DNA of 63,926 nt, counting the filler, from Octopus bimaculoides (taxonomy: Eukaryota): NCBI RefSeq assembly GCF_001194135.2. It is 3 parts of 3 records of this genome, joined end to end, with 100 filler letters (N's around TTAATTAATTAA, not from the genome) between each part and the next. Parts side by side here need not be neighbours in the genome. Positions count along the whole stretch, not along the records: positions 1 to 30,905 come from NC_068983.1; positions 31,006 to 62,347 come from NC_068984.1; 1 more part is not named here. One strand, given 5' to 3'. Below the pieces are notes generated by a model. That model was not told the DNA's origin and ran no database searches. It worked only from the letters and a program-made list of their open reading frames with translations. Within the stretch, counting starts at the first letter, position 1. Every line of letters starts with the position of its first letter. The position numbers and the translations under genes are program-made. Positions 23,551 to 35,711 of the stretch are shown here, piece after piece.

Positions 23551-24184
23551 CGTATATAAATATATATATNNNNNNNNNNNNNNNNNNNNNNNNNNNNNNN
23601 NNNNNNNNNNNNNNNNNNNNNNNNNNNNNNNNNNNNNNNNNNNNNNNNNNNNNNNNNNNNNNNNNNNNNNNNNNNNNNNNNNNNNNNNNNNNNNNNNNNN
23701 NNNNNNNNNNNNNNNNNNNNNNNNNNNNNNNNNNNNNNNNNNNNNNNNNNNNNNNNNNNNNNNNNNNNNNNNNNNNNNNNNNNNNNNNNNNNNNNNNNNN
23801 NNNNNNNNNNNNNNNNNNNNNNNNNNNNNNNNNNNNNNNNNNNNNNNNNNNNNNNNNNNNNNNNNNNNNNNNNNNNNNNNNNNNNNNNNNNNNNNNNNNN
23901 NNNNNNNNNNNNNNNNNNNNNNNNNNNNNNNNNNNNNNNNNNNNNNNNNNNNNNNNNNNNNNNNNNNNNNNNNNNNNNNNNNNNNNNNNNNNNNNNNNNN
24001 NNNNNNNNNNNNNNNNNNNNNNNNNNNNNNNNNNNNNNNNNNNNNNNNNNNNNNNNNNNNNNNNNNNNNNNNNNNNNNNNNNNNNNNNNNNNNNNNNNNN
24101 NNNNNNNNNNNNNTATGTATATATATATATATATATGTATATATATAATAAATAATAAATAATATATATATATATATATGGTAT

Positions 24185-24385
24185 GGGTGTGTGAGTGTGT
24201 CCCTGCCACCATCGCTTGACAACTGATGTTGGTGTGTTTATGTCCTTGTAACTTAGCAGAAAGACCAATAGAATAAATAATAGGTTTACAAAGAAGAAGT
24301 TGTGGGGTTGATTTCTTTGACTTAAAACCCCTTTAAAGTGGTGCTCCAGCTTGGACACAATCAAATGACTGAAGAAAGTAAAAGA
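24185..24385 (+). mobile_element. SINE family A 3' half
   Basis: accatcgcttgacaac...gtgctccagc...aaatgactgaa homology. Confidence 0.8.
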
Positions 24386-24748
24386 ATATGTGTGTGTGTG
24401 TGTGTGTGTGTGCGTGTGTAAGTGAAAGTTGTGATTTCTGTTACTTGCATGAGATTGTGAAAGCTAAAGATATGAATATATAAAAAAAGATTAATAGCAT
24501 TGTTATGTTTACATTGCAAGTAAACATTACCACCTGTAGTTCATCACTTTTGAAGTAACGGAATAAAAAAATCCTTTACTTGTAAAACAGATAAACAGAT
24601 AACAGGTTGGTGACCGGAAGAGCATCTAGCTGTAAAATATCACCTCAAATCAGTCTTTGTCCAATAGATACTAGCACAGGTAAAAAAAAACAAAAGAACG
24701 CACGTGTAAAATGAATGACTGGATAATTGAATAATATCCAGAGCATGA

Positions 24749-24762
24749 AAGAGAGAGAGAGA

Positions 24763-24832
<70 letters not shown>

Positions 24833-24842
24833 GAGAGAGAGG

Positions 24843-24884
<42 letters not shown>

Positions 24885-24905
24885 GAGAAAGGGAGAGAGA
24901 GAGAG
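24749..24905. repeat. (AG)n microsatellite
   Basis: Direct reading. Confidence 0.95.
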
Positions 24906-25003
24906 CAAATTTCTTGCTTAAGCAATTGTATTCATTTATATCAGTGACAATATTTGGCTACTGCTAACTTTGAAATTATGACAACTCTCTATATATTATT
25001 TAC

Positions 25004-25028
25004 AGCACACGTGTCATTGTAGTATATA
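25004..25028 (-). CDS. Putative start-codon exon (ATG at 25017-25015; MTRV(L))
   Basis: Strong acceptor tcttttttccgctgcag, A at -3 of ATG, donor GCT|GTAAAT; phase 2 end fits 22922-22958. Confidence 0.22.
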
Positions 25029-25717
25029 CTGCAGCGGAAAAAAGATTGCAGTTGATCATTGATTAAATAATTAGCCACTACCAAAATAAATAAATAAATA
25101 CATAAATAAATAAATACATAAATAAATAAATAAACTGAGAATGAGACAAAATCAAAAATACAAATTGAAAAGTAAAACATCATCATCACCACCACCACCA
25201 CCACCATTATCATTATTATCATTATTATCATTATTATTATTATTTTTAGCATTCATATCATTTTTATCATTAATTACTTATTTAATTTTATTTTTGTATT
25301 TTTGGTTTCAGCAGCAATCTATTCTTTNNNNNNNNNNNNNNNNNNNNNNNNNNNNNNNNNNNNNNNNNNNNNNNNNNNNNNNNNNNNNNNNNNNNNNNNN
25401 NNNNNNNNNNNNNNNNNNNNNNNNNNNNNNNNNNNNNNNNNNNNNNNNNNNNNNNNNNNNNNNNNNNNNNNNNNNNNNNNNNNNNNNNNNNNNNNNNNNN
25501 NNNNNNNNNNNNNNNNNNNNNNNNNNNNNNNNNNNNNNNNNNNNNNNNNNNNNNNNNNNNNNNNNNNNNNNNNNNNNNNNNNNNNNNNNNNNNNNNNNNN
25601 NNNNNNNNNNNNNNNNNNNNNNNNNNNNNNNNNNNNNNNNNNNNNNNNNNNNNNNNNNNNNNNNNNNNNNNNNNNNNNNNNNNNNNNNNNNNNNNNTATA
25701 TGCATACATACATACAT

Positions 25718-25718
25718 A

Positions 25719-25749
<31 letters not shown>

Positions 25750-25900
25750 GTTTGATGTCTGCTTTCCATGCTAGCATGGGTTGGACGATTTGACTGAGGA
25801 CTGGCAAGCCAGAAGGCTGCACCAGGCTCCAATCTGATCTGGCAGAGTTTCTACAGCTGGATGCCCTCCCTAACGCCAACCACTCTGAGAGTGTAGTAAT
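25718..25900 (-). mobile_element. Family C element 3' part
   Basis: Homology. Confidence 0.85.
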
Positions 25901-26207
25901 CCGAGAGTGTACATACATATATATATATATATACCCCTGCCCCATGCACACACGCACACACATATGCGTATATGGTTGGTTGATTTCTCCAGTCACACTT
26001 TACATTGTCTCAAGAGATGGGAAGGAGTGGAAGAAAAATACCAAGGAAGTTAACATAAGAGGTGCACAATGAGTGCACTTATTAGGCTTGATGGCAGAAA
26101 ATGAGTAAATGAAAGCTTCACACACTCACACACACGATGAAAGAGAAAGAATAGTAGAGAGAGAGAGAGAGGGATATTAATATATATGTGTGTGTGTGTG
26201 TGTGTTT

Positions 26208-26545
26208 GACGGTGCATAAGTCAGTGGTTAGAGTGTCAAACTTACAATCATGAGGCAGTGAGCTTGATTCCCGAACCAGGCTGTGTATTGTGTTCTTGAG
26301 CAAGAAGCTTTATTTTACATTACTCCAGTTCACTCAGCTGTAGAAATGAATTGCAACGTCACTGGTGCTAAGCTCTATTGGCCTTTGCCTTTCCCTTGGA
26401 TAAAATCAGGGGCTTGGAGAGGAAAGGCTGGAATGCTTGGGTGACTGCTGGTCTTCCATAAACAACCTTACCCAGACTTGTGCCTCAGAGGGGAACTTTC
26501 TAGGTGCAATCCCATAATTATTCATGACCAAAGGGGGTCTTTACC
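26208..26545 (+). mobile_element. SINE family D, near full length
   Basis: tcagtggttagagtg A box, ttgattccc B box, ttgagcaag CORE-like segment. Confidence 0.85.
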
Positions 26546-26560
26546 TTATGTGTATATATT

Positions 26561-26598
<38 letters not shown>

Positions 26599-26765
26599 TG
26601 AGAAAGTTGGTATGTGAAAGCACGTGGTTGCATGTATAAAAGATAATAAGAGTGAAAAAACTACAGAAGGCTTGTGTTACATGGTTAAAGTATATATTTA
26701 AATTATGTCAGAAAAATGTTAGACAAATGTTATAAAATCTTTTTGGTATATAAACATTGTATTTT

Positions 26766-26804
26766 GAGAAATAACCAGTTTCGTGTTGTCTTTTCAAATT
26801 TCTC
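26766..26804 (-). ncRNA. Minimal hammerhead motif with U3-A8 core variant (degenerate stem II)
   Basis: gagaaat-TTGAAAA-g[acaaca]c-GAAA-ctgg-TT-atttctc; perfect 7-bp stem I. Confidence 0.55.
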
Positions 26805-26814
26805 TACTTCATTG

Positions 26815-26849
<35 letters not shown>

Positions 26850-27023
26850 GAGTGTGTGTTTGTACTTCTATAACATATTGTAATTCATTTCACTGTTTTG
26901 TAAAAGCATATTATTGTATATATATGTCATATTTCTTGATATTGTCCATGTTGACAAAAGTATACTTCCAAAGTTATCAATCCATTGACGGGTGACACTC
27001 ATCTCTGGTTAATAATAGCCAAT

Positions 27024-27384
27024 ACTAAGGCGGTGATTTGGCAGAAGCGTTAGCATGCCAAACAAAATGCTTAGTGGCATTTTGTCTGTCTTTACGTTCT
27101 GAGTTCAAATTCTGCCAAAGTCGACTGGCCCCCACCCCAAAAGTTTTGGGCCTTGTGCCTAGAGTGGAAAAGAATAATAGCCAATCCTAAGGTGATGAGC
27201 TGGCAAAATCATTAACATGTTGGGCAAAATGCTTTGTGGCATTTTGCTTGTCTTTATGTTGACTTTGCTGTTCACCCTTTCAGTGTTGATAAAATAAGTA
27301 CCAGCTGAATCCTAGGGTTGATGTAGTTGACCTATCCCCCTTCCCACCAAAAAAATTGCTGGCTTTGTGCCAAAGTGTGAAATC
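27024..27384 (+). mobile_element. Two tandem SINE family B copies bounded by three copies of a 13-bp TSD
   Basis: aataatagccaat at 27011-27023, 27173-27185, 27385-27397. Confidence 0.85.
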
Positions 27385-28265
27385 AATAATAGCCAATGTA
27401 AATGGCAGTTGGTCAATTGGTTGGTTAATTTCTCCAGCTATGCTTTATGTGCAGGGTGAGTGCACATACTAGGCTTGGTGGCTAGCAATGAGTAAAGGAA
27501 ATTTACGTACACACAGAAAAGGAAGAGGAGAAGGAGGAGGAGAGAAAGACAGAAAGTGAATGGTGAAATAGTTATGGGGGAGTTATACAAATGAAAAATT
27601 TGTTTTATGTAATTTTATTTTAAGATATTTGATATCTTCTTTTAAAATTTGCATTTATTGCACCAAGAAATTTGACAGAAGTTGAATTATAATTATTTCA
27701 TGTATAGTCATATTCCTGACATTATTCATGGTGGCAGAAGAATACAACCAAAATTACCTGTCACATAACAAGTAATATTATATTAATAATATGTATGATA
27801 TTCACCACTCTCAAAGTTGGTGACATGATGCTTTGTCCAGATTTTACATGTTTAGCATCATCATCATTACCATCTCATCATCATCATCATCATCATCATC
27901 TGGAGATGAATTTGCTTTCTTGAGTTTTAGAAAGTGGATGTTTTGGAAGCAGTTGGGATATTCTTTGTTACTTTGAATCCATATGTGTGTGTATATATGT
28001 GAGTGTATTTATGTGTGTATGTGTGTGTGGTGAATTTTTGGAGGCCTGGTTAGAGAGAGAAAAAAGAAATAAAAACTGGAAAAAAGAAAGAGGAAAGGAA
28101 AGTAAAAGAAAGGAAGGGGTGTTTTTCTGGGGTGGTTGAAATTGATGACGGGTCAAAAAGTCAAATTTGTCAGTCAGTCAAATTTGTGTGACTGATATTA
28201 TTTTCGATCAGTTATCATATAATCCAGCTGTAGAAAATAGAATCTATTAAATTGTTTTGGAAAGT

Positions 28266-28328
<63 letters not shown>

Positions 28329-28944
28329 GGAGAGGGAGAGAGACAGAGTGTTTAAAAGTATGTGTGTGAGAGAGTGTGTTGGTTGGTTAAGAGTATGTTT
28401 AAAAGAAAAGTATGTGTATGATTGAGTGTATGTTGGTTGGTTAAGTGAATTTTTCTAGTTATTTTAGTAGCAGTAATGAGAACATTATTAATAATAATAT
28501 TCAGTGGTAATCTGATTTGGTTTATCTGGAAGATAAATTTTTTTAATGAGGATTTCCCATGTGTTTATAAATATATATTTTTATATGTTTAATTTAGGTA
28601 CAAAATTTTTCTATAAAATGTAGTTCCATTGCCTTCCGATACTTTGGATTATCCCTTGGGCATTTTTAGAAAGGAAAGATCGTGAATCTGTTGTTTCCTC
28701 ATATTTCCAGATGCTTAGTCAGCAGAATCTTATGTAATTCTTTTTGTCTGATGTGTTGCTATAGGGTGATGCACAAGCAGTTAGCTCTGGGTGTATTGCA
28801 TCTTACAGAAGAAACAGGTGTAATAATGAAATTTATTGCATTATTTATTGTTCCTTGTTATTTATCTAATTTCATATTCATGTGCAGTACTCAACCACTT
28901 TATTCTGAAGCATATCTATATTGCGTTCTGACACCAGGTTATTA

Positions 28945-29728
28945 CCATATATACTCATGGCTAGGTCATACCAGCAGATAGGTCGCACCAGTGGATAGGT
29001 CTCACCCTTAGTTAGGAGTTGTCAAAGTAGATATTTGTGGTTGACTCACAGATAGATTGCACTATAATCTGGGGAGTTACGTGGCCCTTTTATAATGTAA
29101 ATATTTGATATTTGTTTATCAAATATTCACCTTCATTTACTCTTTTACTCTTTTACTTGCTTCAGTCATTTGACTGCGGCCATGCTGGAGCATCGCCTTT
29201 AGTTGAACAAATCGACCCCAGGGCTTATTCTTTGTAAGCCTAGTACTTATTCTATCGGTCTTTTTTGCCAAACCGCTAAGTTACGGGAACCTAAACACAC
29301 CAGCATTGGTTGTCAAGCAATGTTAGGGGGACAAACATAGACACACGAACGTACACACGCACATACATGCATATATACATATATACGATGGGCTTCTTTC
29401 AGTTTCCGTCTACCAAATCCATTCACAAGGCTTTGGTTGGCCTGAGGCTATAGTAGAAGACACTTGCCCAAGGTGGGACTGAACCCGGAACCATGTGGTT
29501 CGTAAGCAAGCTACTTACCACACAGCCACTCCTACGCCTTTACTTTTAAATATTAAAACATTTTTGCAGAAGTGACTTTATGAAAGTAGTCTAATTGATA
29601 AATCAACTCAACTACTGATGTGCCACCGTCTACTTCAGATCCCTGTGATGTTGAGTGGATAGGTCGCACACCTGATTTTTATTGAAATTTTTGGTAACAA
29701 AGTGGAACCTATCCGCGAGCATATACAG
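28945..29728. mobile_element. Tc2/pogo-like non-autonomous DNA transposon with nested SINE
   Basis: TA|ccatatatactcatggctagg ... cctatccgcgagcatatacag|TA; internal gataggtcgcac repeats. Confidence 0.6.
29138..29540 (-). mobile_element. SINE family A, full length (nested)
   Basis: Homology. Confidence 0.9.
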
Positions 29729-30214
29729 TAGTATCTTAAGAATGTCCTGCAGATTTTTAGTCACAGATATCATATCATGACACAAATGTTTCTTAGAATA
29801 AAAATAAATAAAACAAATTTCNNNNNNNNNNNNNNNNNNNNNNNNNNNNNNNNNNNNNNNNNNNNNNNNNNNNNNNNNNNNNNNNNNNNNNNNNNNNNNN
29901 NNNNNNNNNNNNNNNNNNNNNNNNNNNNNNNNNNNNNNNNNNNNNNNNNNNNNNNNNNNNNNNNNNNNNNNNNNNNNNNNNNNNNNNNNNNNNNNNNNNN
30001 NNNNNNNNNNNNNNNNNNNNNNNNNNNNNNNNNNNNNNNNNNNNNNNNNNNNNNNNNNNNNNNNNNNNNNNNNNNNNNNNNNNNNNNNNNNNNNNNNNNN
30101 NNNNNNNNNNNNNNNNNNNNNNNNNNNNNNNNNNNNNNNNNNNNNNNNNNNNNNNNNNNNNNNNNNNNNNNNNNNNNNNNNNNNNNNNNNNNNNNNNNNN
30201 NNNNNNNNNNNNNC

Positions 30215-30318
30215 CTTTTCGCTCAATAAACACACACAATGCCCGGTCTGGGAATCGAAACCACAATCCTCCAACCGCGAGTCCACTGCCCTAACCACTG
30301 GGCCATTGCACCTCCACC
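30215..30318 (-). mobile_element. SINE family F head
   Basis: Matches the head of 48606-48976. Confidence 0.8.
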
Positions 30319-30874
30319 ATGTGTGTATGTAATGTTCCTTTATTCATTGCTAGCCACCACACCTACCATGTGCACTCACCCCTGCTTTTCTTATGTTAAC
30401 TTTCACTACAAGTGGATGCTCTGGGTGTTTTTTTCATCACAACAGCACAAGTGAAGGTGCCATGGACCTTGCAAGACCATGGATTTCAAGTGATGCAGCT
30501 TTGTGCTAGGAAATGGAGGGTTAAAACATGATATAACTACCATTTTCAGCACTATTTAATGTGCATGGTGTAAGTGGAAAGTTCACAGTGAGTAGTATTT
30601 CATTGCACCTGCTATGAATATAATAGTGACTGTGAAGCATTGGACTGTCCAATAACAGCAATAGTAAATGTCTACACATTCACACACACACACACACACA
30701 TGTATATATATATATACACATGCATATATGTGCGTGTATATACATATATATATATATGTATATATTTATTTATATAAGTATGCATGTATGTATGCATATA
30801 TATGTGTATATTTATACCTGTCTCTTTCTCTCTCTCTCCCTCATTCTCAATCTATCAATCTCCCCCTCTCTCCG

Positions 30875-30905
<31 letters not shown>

Positions 30906-31005
30906 NNNNNNNNNNNNNNNNNNNNNNNNNNNNNNNNNNNNNNNNNNNNTTAATTAATTAANNNNNNNNNNNNNNNNNNNNNNNNNNNNNNNNNNNNNNN
31001 NNNNN

Positions 31006-31039
<34 letters not shown>

Positions 31040-31164
31040 CATGTGTATATATATGCATACACGCATAAACGTGTTTGTATTACCATATAAACATAATGAG
31101 TATGCCATACTTTATATGGCAATACTCATGTGGTGAAACTGACAAGGGGGAAACAACAAAAACA

Positions 31165-31199
31165 ACTACTGTTGCTGCTGCTTACTACTGCCACCACCG

Positions 31200-31234
<35 letters not shown>

Positions 31235-31244
31235 GCTGCTGCTG

Positions 31245-31280
<36 letters not shown>

Positions 31281-31300
31281 GTGGCACCACCACCACCACC
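31165..31300. repeat. (TAC)n/(TGC)n/(CAC)n trinucleotide tract
   Basis: Direct reading. Confidence 0.9.
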
Positions 31301-31349
31301 ACCGTATATTGTAGAGTGAAGAAATAACCATAGACGAAATTCTACTGTG

Positions 31350-31500
31350 AGGGACGAAGGGGTTTGTTGCTGTTGTGGATTTTGTTTAACACCAGGTCAA
31401 CCGTGTCCAAGCAGGCCTTAGAAGCATATGTATTGGTTGTGCGATTCGTGAGTGAGTTGGTCACTATTTCTAGCAGGTCAGTCAACCACGTAGAGGCGCG
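31350..31500 (-). mobile_element. SINE-like family E
   Basis: ccaggtcaacc...ctatttctagcaggtc homology. Confidence 0.5.
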
Positions 31501-31549
31501 TTATTGTGAGAGGTGTGACGGGGTTTGGTGATATGTCATATTGTGATAA

Positions 31550-31702
31550 AATGAAGAGGAAGAGGAAGAGGTGGAGACAGGGGAGGAGGAGTTGGAAGGG
31601 GGAGAGATGAAAGGGGGATTAGGAGGAGGAGAAAAGATGGAAGACGAGAGGAAAGGAGGCTGAGAGGAAGAGAAGCGAAAGGAGAAGAGATGAGAGAAAG
31701 AG

Positions 31703-31734
<32 letters not shown>

Positions 31735-31984
31735 AGGGAGAGAGGGAATAATGAATAGAAATAGAAAGCGAAAAGAAAGAGGAAAGAAGAGGAAAGAGAC
31801 TGAGGAGAAAAGAGAAAAAAAGAGAGGATAGATGAGAGAGAGAGAGAGAGAGAGAAAGAGAGGGAGAGAGAGGAGAGAGAAAAAGAGAAGGCTAGGATAA
31901 AAAAGGTGAGAAATGAGAAAGGAATAGGTGGGGGCAGTAAATGAGAATGTGATTAAGGAAGAGAAAAAGAAATANNNNNNNNNN

Positions 31985-32034
<50 letters not shown>

Positions 32035-32070
32035 AAGAGATTAGAGAGATAAGGACAGAGAGATAAAGAG
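31550..32070. repeat. Purine-rich (AG)n/GA low-complexity tract
   Basis: Direct reading. Confidence 0.9.
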
Positions 32071-32184
32071 TAAAGAGTAAAGAGAATGTGGGAGGAACCA
32101 AGTGGCAAAATATTAAAGAAATTCCGCCAGAAAAATAACAAAATAAAATGAAAGACAAGAAGACATATTTTAATCACATGACTA

Positions 32185-32200
32185 AGTAATGGCGGCCAAG
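32185..32200. promoter_or_regulatory. YY1-like motif (TAATGGCGGCC) near the CpG transition; possible promoter
   Basis: Motif match plus position at the CpG-poor to CpG-retaining boundary; inference only. Confidence 0.2.
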
Positions 32201-32602
32201 ACCGTAGCCTGAGGCAGAATATAACATTTAGTTATAGAGTTGAGTTTTTAGTGAAATAATAGGTCATAAATTATATACTGTCACCATAGTTTTGATAGAG
32301 ATTGGTTAAATGACATCAGCAAAGAATGAAATCGGTCAAATTTAGTCCAGATATTTTCTTTCTTTCCTCGTTTTTAGTCGAAATTATACGTAACTAGCCT
32401 TTATTTATCCTAATAATTGAAATTACTTATATATATCCTCTGTTTGATGGTTTCACATGTAACACATTTCTATTTATAGTCGCTCCTGCGAGAAATAGCA
32501 GCCGATTTTTTTAATCACACCATGATGTCTTTAGAAATGAAGAAGATGCATGTAAGATAACGTAACCCTAGCTATAACTTGTCTGAAAAAAATAAAGAAA
32601 AT

Positions 32603-33043
32603 GGCGCAGGAGTGGCTGTGTGGTAAGTAGCTTGCTTACCAACCACATGATTCCGGGTTCAGTCCCATTGTGTGGCACCTTGGGCAAGTGTCTTCTACTA
32701 TAGCCTCGGGCCGAGCAAAGCCTTGTGAGTGCATTTGGTAGATGGAAACTGAAAGAAGCCCGTCGTATATATATGTATANNNNNNNNNNNNNNNNNNNNN
32801 NNNNNNNNNNNTATATGTATGTATGTATGTGTGTGTATATGTTTGTGTGTCTGTGTTTGTCCCCCTAACATCGCTTGACAACCGATGCTGGTGTGTTTAC
32901 GTCTCCGTAACATAGCGGTTCGGCAAAAGAGACCGATAGAATAAGTACTAGGCTTACAAAGAATAAGTCCTGGGGTCGATTTACTCGACTAAAAGGCGGT
33001 GCTCCAGCATGGCCGCAGTCAAATAACTGAAACAAGTAAAAGA
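32603..33043 (+). mobile_element. SINE family A, full length (gap inside internal microsatellite)
   Basis: Head ggcgcaggagtggctgtgtggtaag to tail gaaacaagtaaaagag. Confidence 0.9.
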
Positions 33044-33090
33044 GAGAAGAGAGAGAGAGAGAGAGAAAGAAAGAGAGAGAGAGATAGATA

Positions 33091-33150
<60 letters not shown>

Positions 33151-33299
33151 CAGAATAGAAAAATACGGGATAGCCACAGCTGGAGCGTCTTTGATCGAAA
33201 GATACAAGAGGTTCTCGGGATGCCGTAGCTGATGATGTACAGGTAGGAACTGAAGCTGAAATATCTAGACATTCCTTGACGGCGAAGTCTTTGAACAGT

Positions 33300-33965
33300 T
33301 GCGGTCACTGTTCGTTCCTGCAGCTCATCTCTTTAATTAGCTGTTGTCCGGGCTCAAGTGCAAATCAAGGTGAAACCTTTGGTTCTGGAATATTGCTAAA
33401 CGCTCGCTACACTCTATCAACTAAAGTATATCGTTAGCAGAAAGTCAAGGTTTAGTGGTGGATATAAACGAGGACGGTTTGGGAGTGAGTCTGGACAATT
33501 TCCAAATGTCTATACGAGGTACTGCTGTAGTGAGGTGCAGAGGTTTGCTGTTGGGGATTATCTCTACAGGCGTAGTGGTGTTGGAGCCGCCAGCAACAGA
33601 ACCTGGTCACATGTTGACGAAACTGCCAGGTACGCATTCGTTCGGTGTCCGTGCATTTGCTGATGTCAAACAGCTGTTATAATGCGCGGGACGGGTTCGG
33701 TTCTCAACTGAATCTATCTTGCACGGAACAATGGGAAGTTCTTCCTTTGTCTGGTGGCTAATGTGAAGGAACTTGTATGGTGGATGCGGTTGAAAGATTC
33801 AAAGATTCACCATTTCCCATCAGGCCAAACTCTCACGAACTCCTTCCTGTATTACACGAGAAGGAAGTTGAGACTAGAAACAAAGGTGCTACGCTATTGA
33901 ACTTTATTAAGGGTGGATAAAAATGGCGAAACCGGCATGTCCGAATGGAACCACATTAAGTATGT
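33300..33965 (+). mobile_element. Tx1/L1-like LINE ORF2 C-terminal fragment
   Basis: Frameshifted pieces LDNFQ, GDYLYR, DETARYAFVRCP (CCHC remnant), VKQLL.CAGRVRFSTESI, LVANVKELVWWMRLK...SGQTL. Confidence 0.6.
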
Positions 33966-34519
33966 GGTTGTAAGTTGGCAGCAAGAACTAGAAAACACTA
34001 ACCTTCATCTTTTTTTTAGTCAGAAAAGAAGACAGTGTCCATGAACCTTTACAGGGCCTCTAAAATACCAATGGGCGGGTGAAAGGGAAAGTCACTTTAG
34101 ATGAGAGATCTGATTCAAATGCATGCAACCGAGTGGAGTCCACCAATGGTACCCAAGGTTACGGGTGATAGCCTTAAACAAGGTGACAAATTAAGTTGAG
34201 GGAATTCGCTGAGATGTGTCAGTTGCTCTCATGTGTCATTCTCTGTGGTTGGTCTCCCATATTGAGGAACTTTTTCTTACCTTTCTTGTGCTCTGTACTA
34301 TTAGTTCTTTTTTCCTTACTGTTAGTTTTATTAATTATTTATCAACTAAAGTGGTTTTATTGTTACAACTGATCTCCCCATCATTCTTAACGTCAATCCA
34401 TTTACTCCACCCATTGACTCTTATTTGTTATTTTTCTGATGCAGATTTGCCTTGTGGCCAATAAAAGAACGCACTCCTCCTCCTCCCACAACCACCACCA
34501 CCACCACAAAATGTGATGT

Positions 34520-34680
34520 GATAATCATGTCTGTTCTTGCTTCAGTCTTAATGGGAGTCCCATAAAATTCTGTACTTCTTATAGTCTACCACAGCCTCTG
34601 GTTCTGGTTCATCTTTATACTATTTTGCTGATACTTAGAACCAACTCACTCAGTTAACATCCCAATGTACGATCTTCTTC
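34520..34680 (-). mobile_element. R4/Dong-like fragment around the WYEH-P...ILWDF motif
   Basis: YKDEPEPEAVVDYKKYRILWDS...DMII. Confidence 0.55.
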
Positions 34681-35089
34681 NNNNNNNNNNNNNNNNNNNN
34701 NNNNNNNNNNNNNNNNNNNNNNNNNNNNNNNNNNNNNNNNNNNNNNNNNNNNNNNNNNNNNNNNNNNNNNNNNNNNNNNNNNNNNNNNNNNNNNNNNNNN
34801 NNNNNNNNNNNNNNNNNNNNNNNNNNNNNNNNNNNNNNNNNNNNNNNNNNNNNNNNNNNNNNACCTCCATATAACCTAAATTATGATTTACAGTTTCTTT
34901 TCCTTGCTCTAATTATACACTCCAATCTTAATCAGCTGCTTCTGCTTGTTCTCCTTGTTGTTTTTGTCCTTCTTGCGGAGAGACTCGACCCCCACACCCT
35001 CCACTGTCCCTCACTCCAATCAGCACGTTATTGGGTCGCCCATAATGCAACCAGCCGGCAAGGCCATTGAGTAACTCCACTTCTCCATT

Positions 35090-35182
35090 TCTCTCTTTCT
35101 CTTTCTTTCATCCTTTCATTCTTTCTTTCTTCTTCTCACTGTTTCTGTCTGTCTATGTGTCTGCCTGTCTGACTCTCTTCTC

Positions 35183-35215
<33 letters not shown>

Positions 35216-35240
35216 CTCTTTCTCTTTTTCTCTCTTTCTC

Positions 35241-35289
<49 letters not shown>

Positions 35290-35295
35290 CTTTCT
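35090..35295. repeat. (CT)/(CTTT)-rich tract
   Basis: Direct reading. Confidence 0.9.
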
Positions 35296-35711
35296 GTTTT
35301 GCCTAGTTTGTTCTTTCGCTTTTCCAGTTAACATTAAGTGCTCAAGACTTTATCTCCTCATTTCACGTTTCAATAAATAAATGAATAAAAAGACAAGAAA
35401 GAAAGAAAGAAAGAAAGGAAGAAAGAGAAAAAATAACGTGTTTTCAGACATGTATTATTCCTTTAAATTTGGAAATATACCATCGAGATTCAGATTTTAA
35501 TTCAGCCGAGGGGCTATTCACAACATCAGTGAATACTATACTCACCGTTTCCTATATCGGTTGGCGACAAATTCCCATTGAAGCCGATTGCGACTGTGTC
35601 CCATTGACGACGACCAAAAAGGCAGAAATGCATCTAACGTTCTCGCTGGCCACTGCGAGGGCAATTTTTCATCTCGCTCAGATGTTTATTGTGTTCTTTA
35701 ACACAGTATAT

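Noticed and set aside
30950-30961. TTAATTAATTAA island inside Ns
   Set aside because: 44 N + 12 bp + 44 N = 100 bp, repeated identically at 62392-62403; an assembly gap marker.
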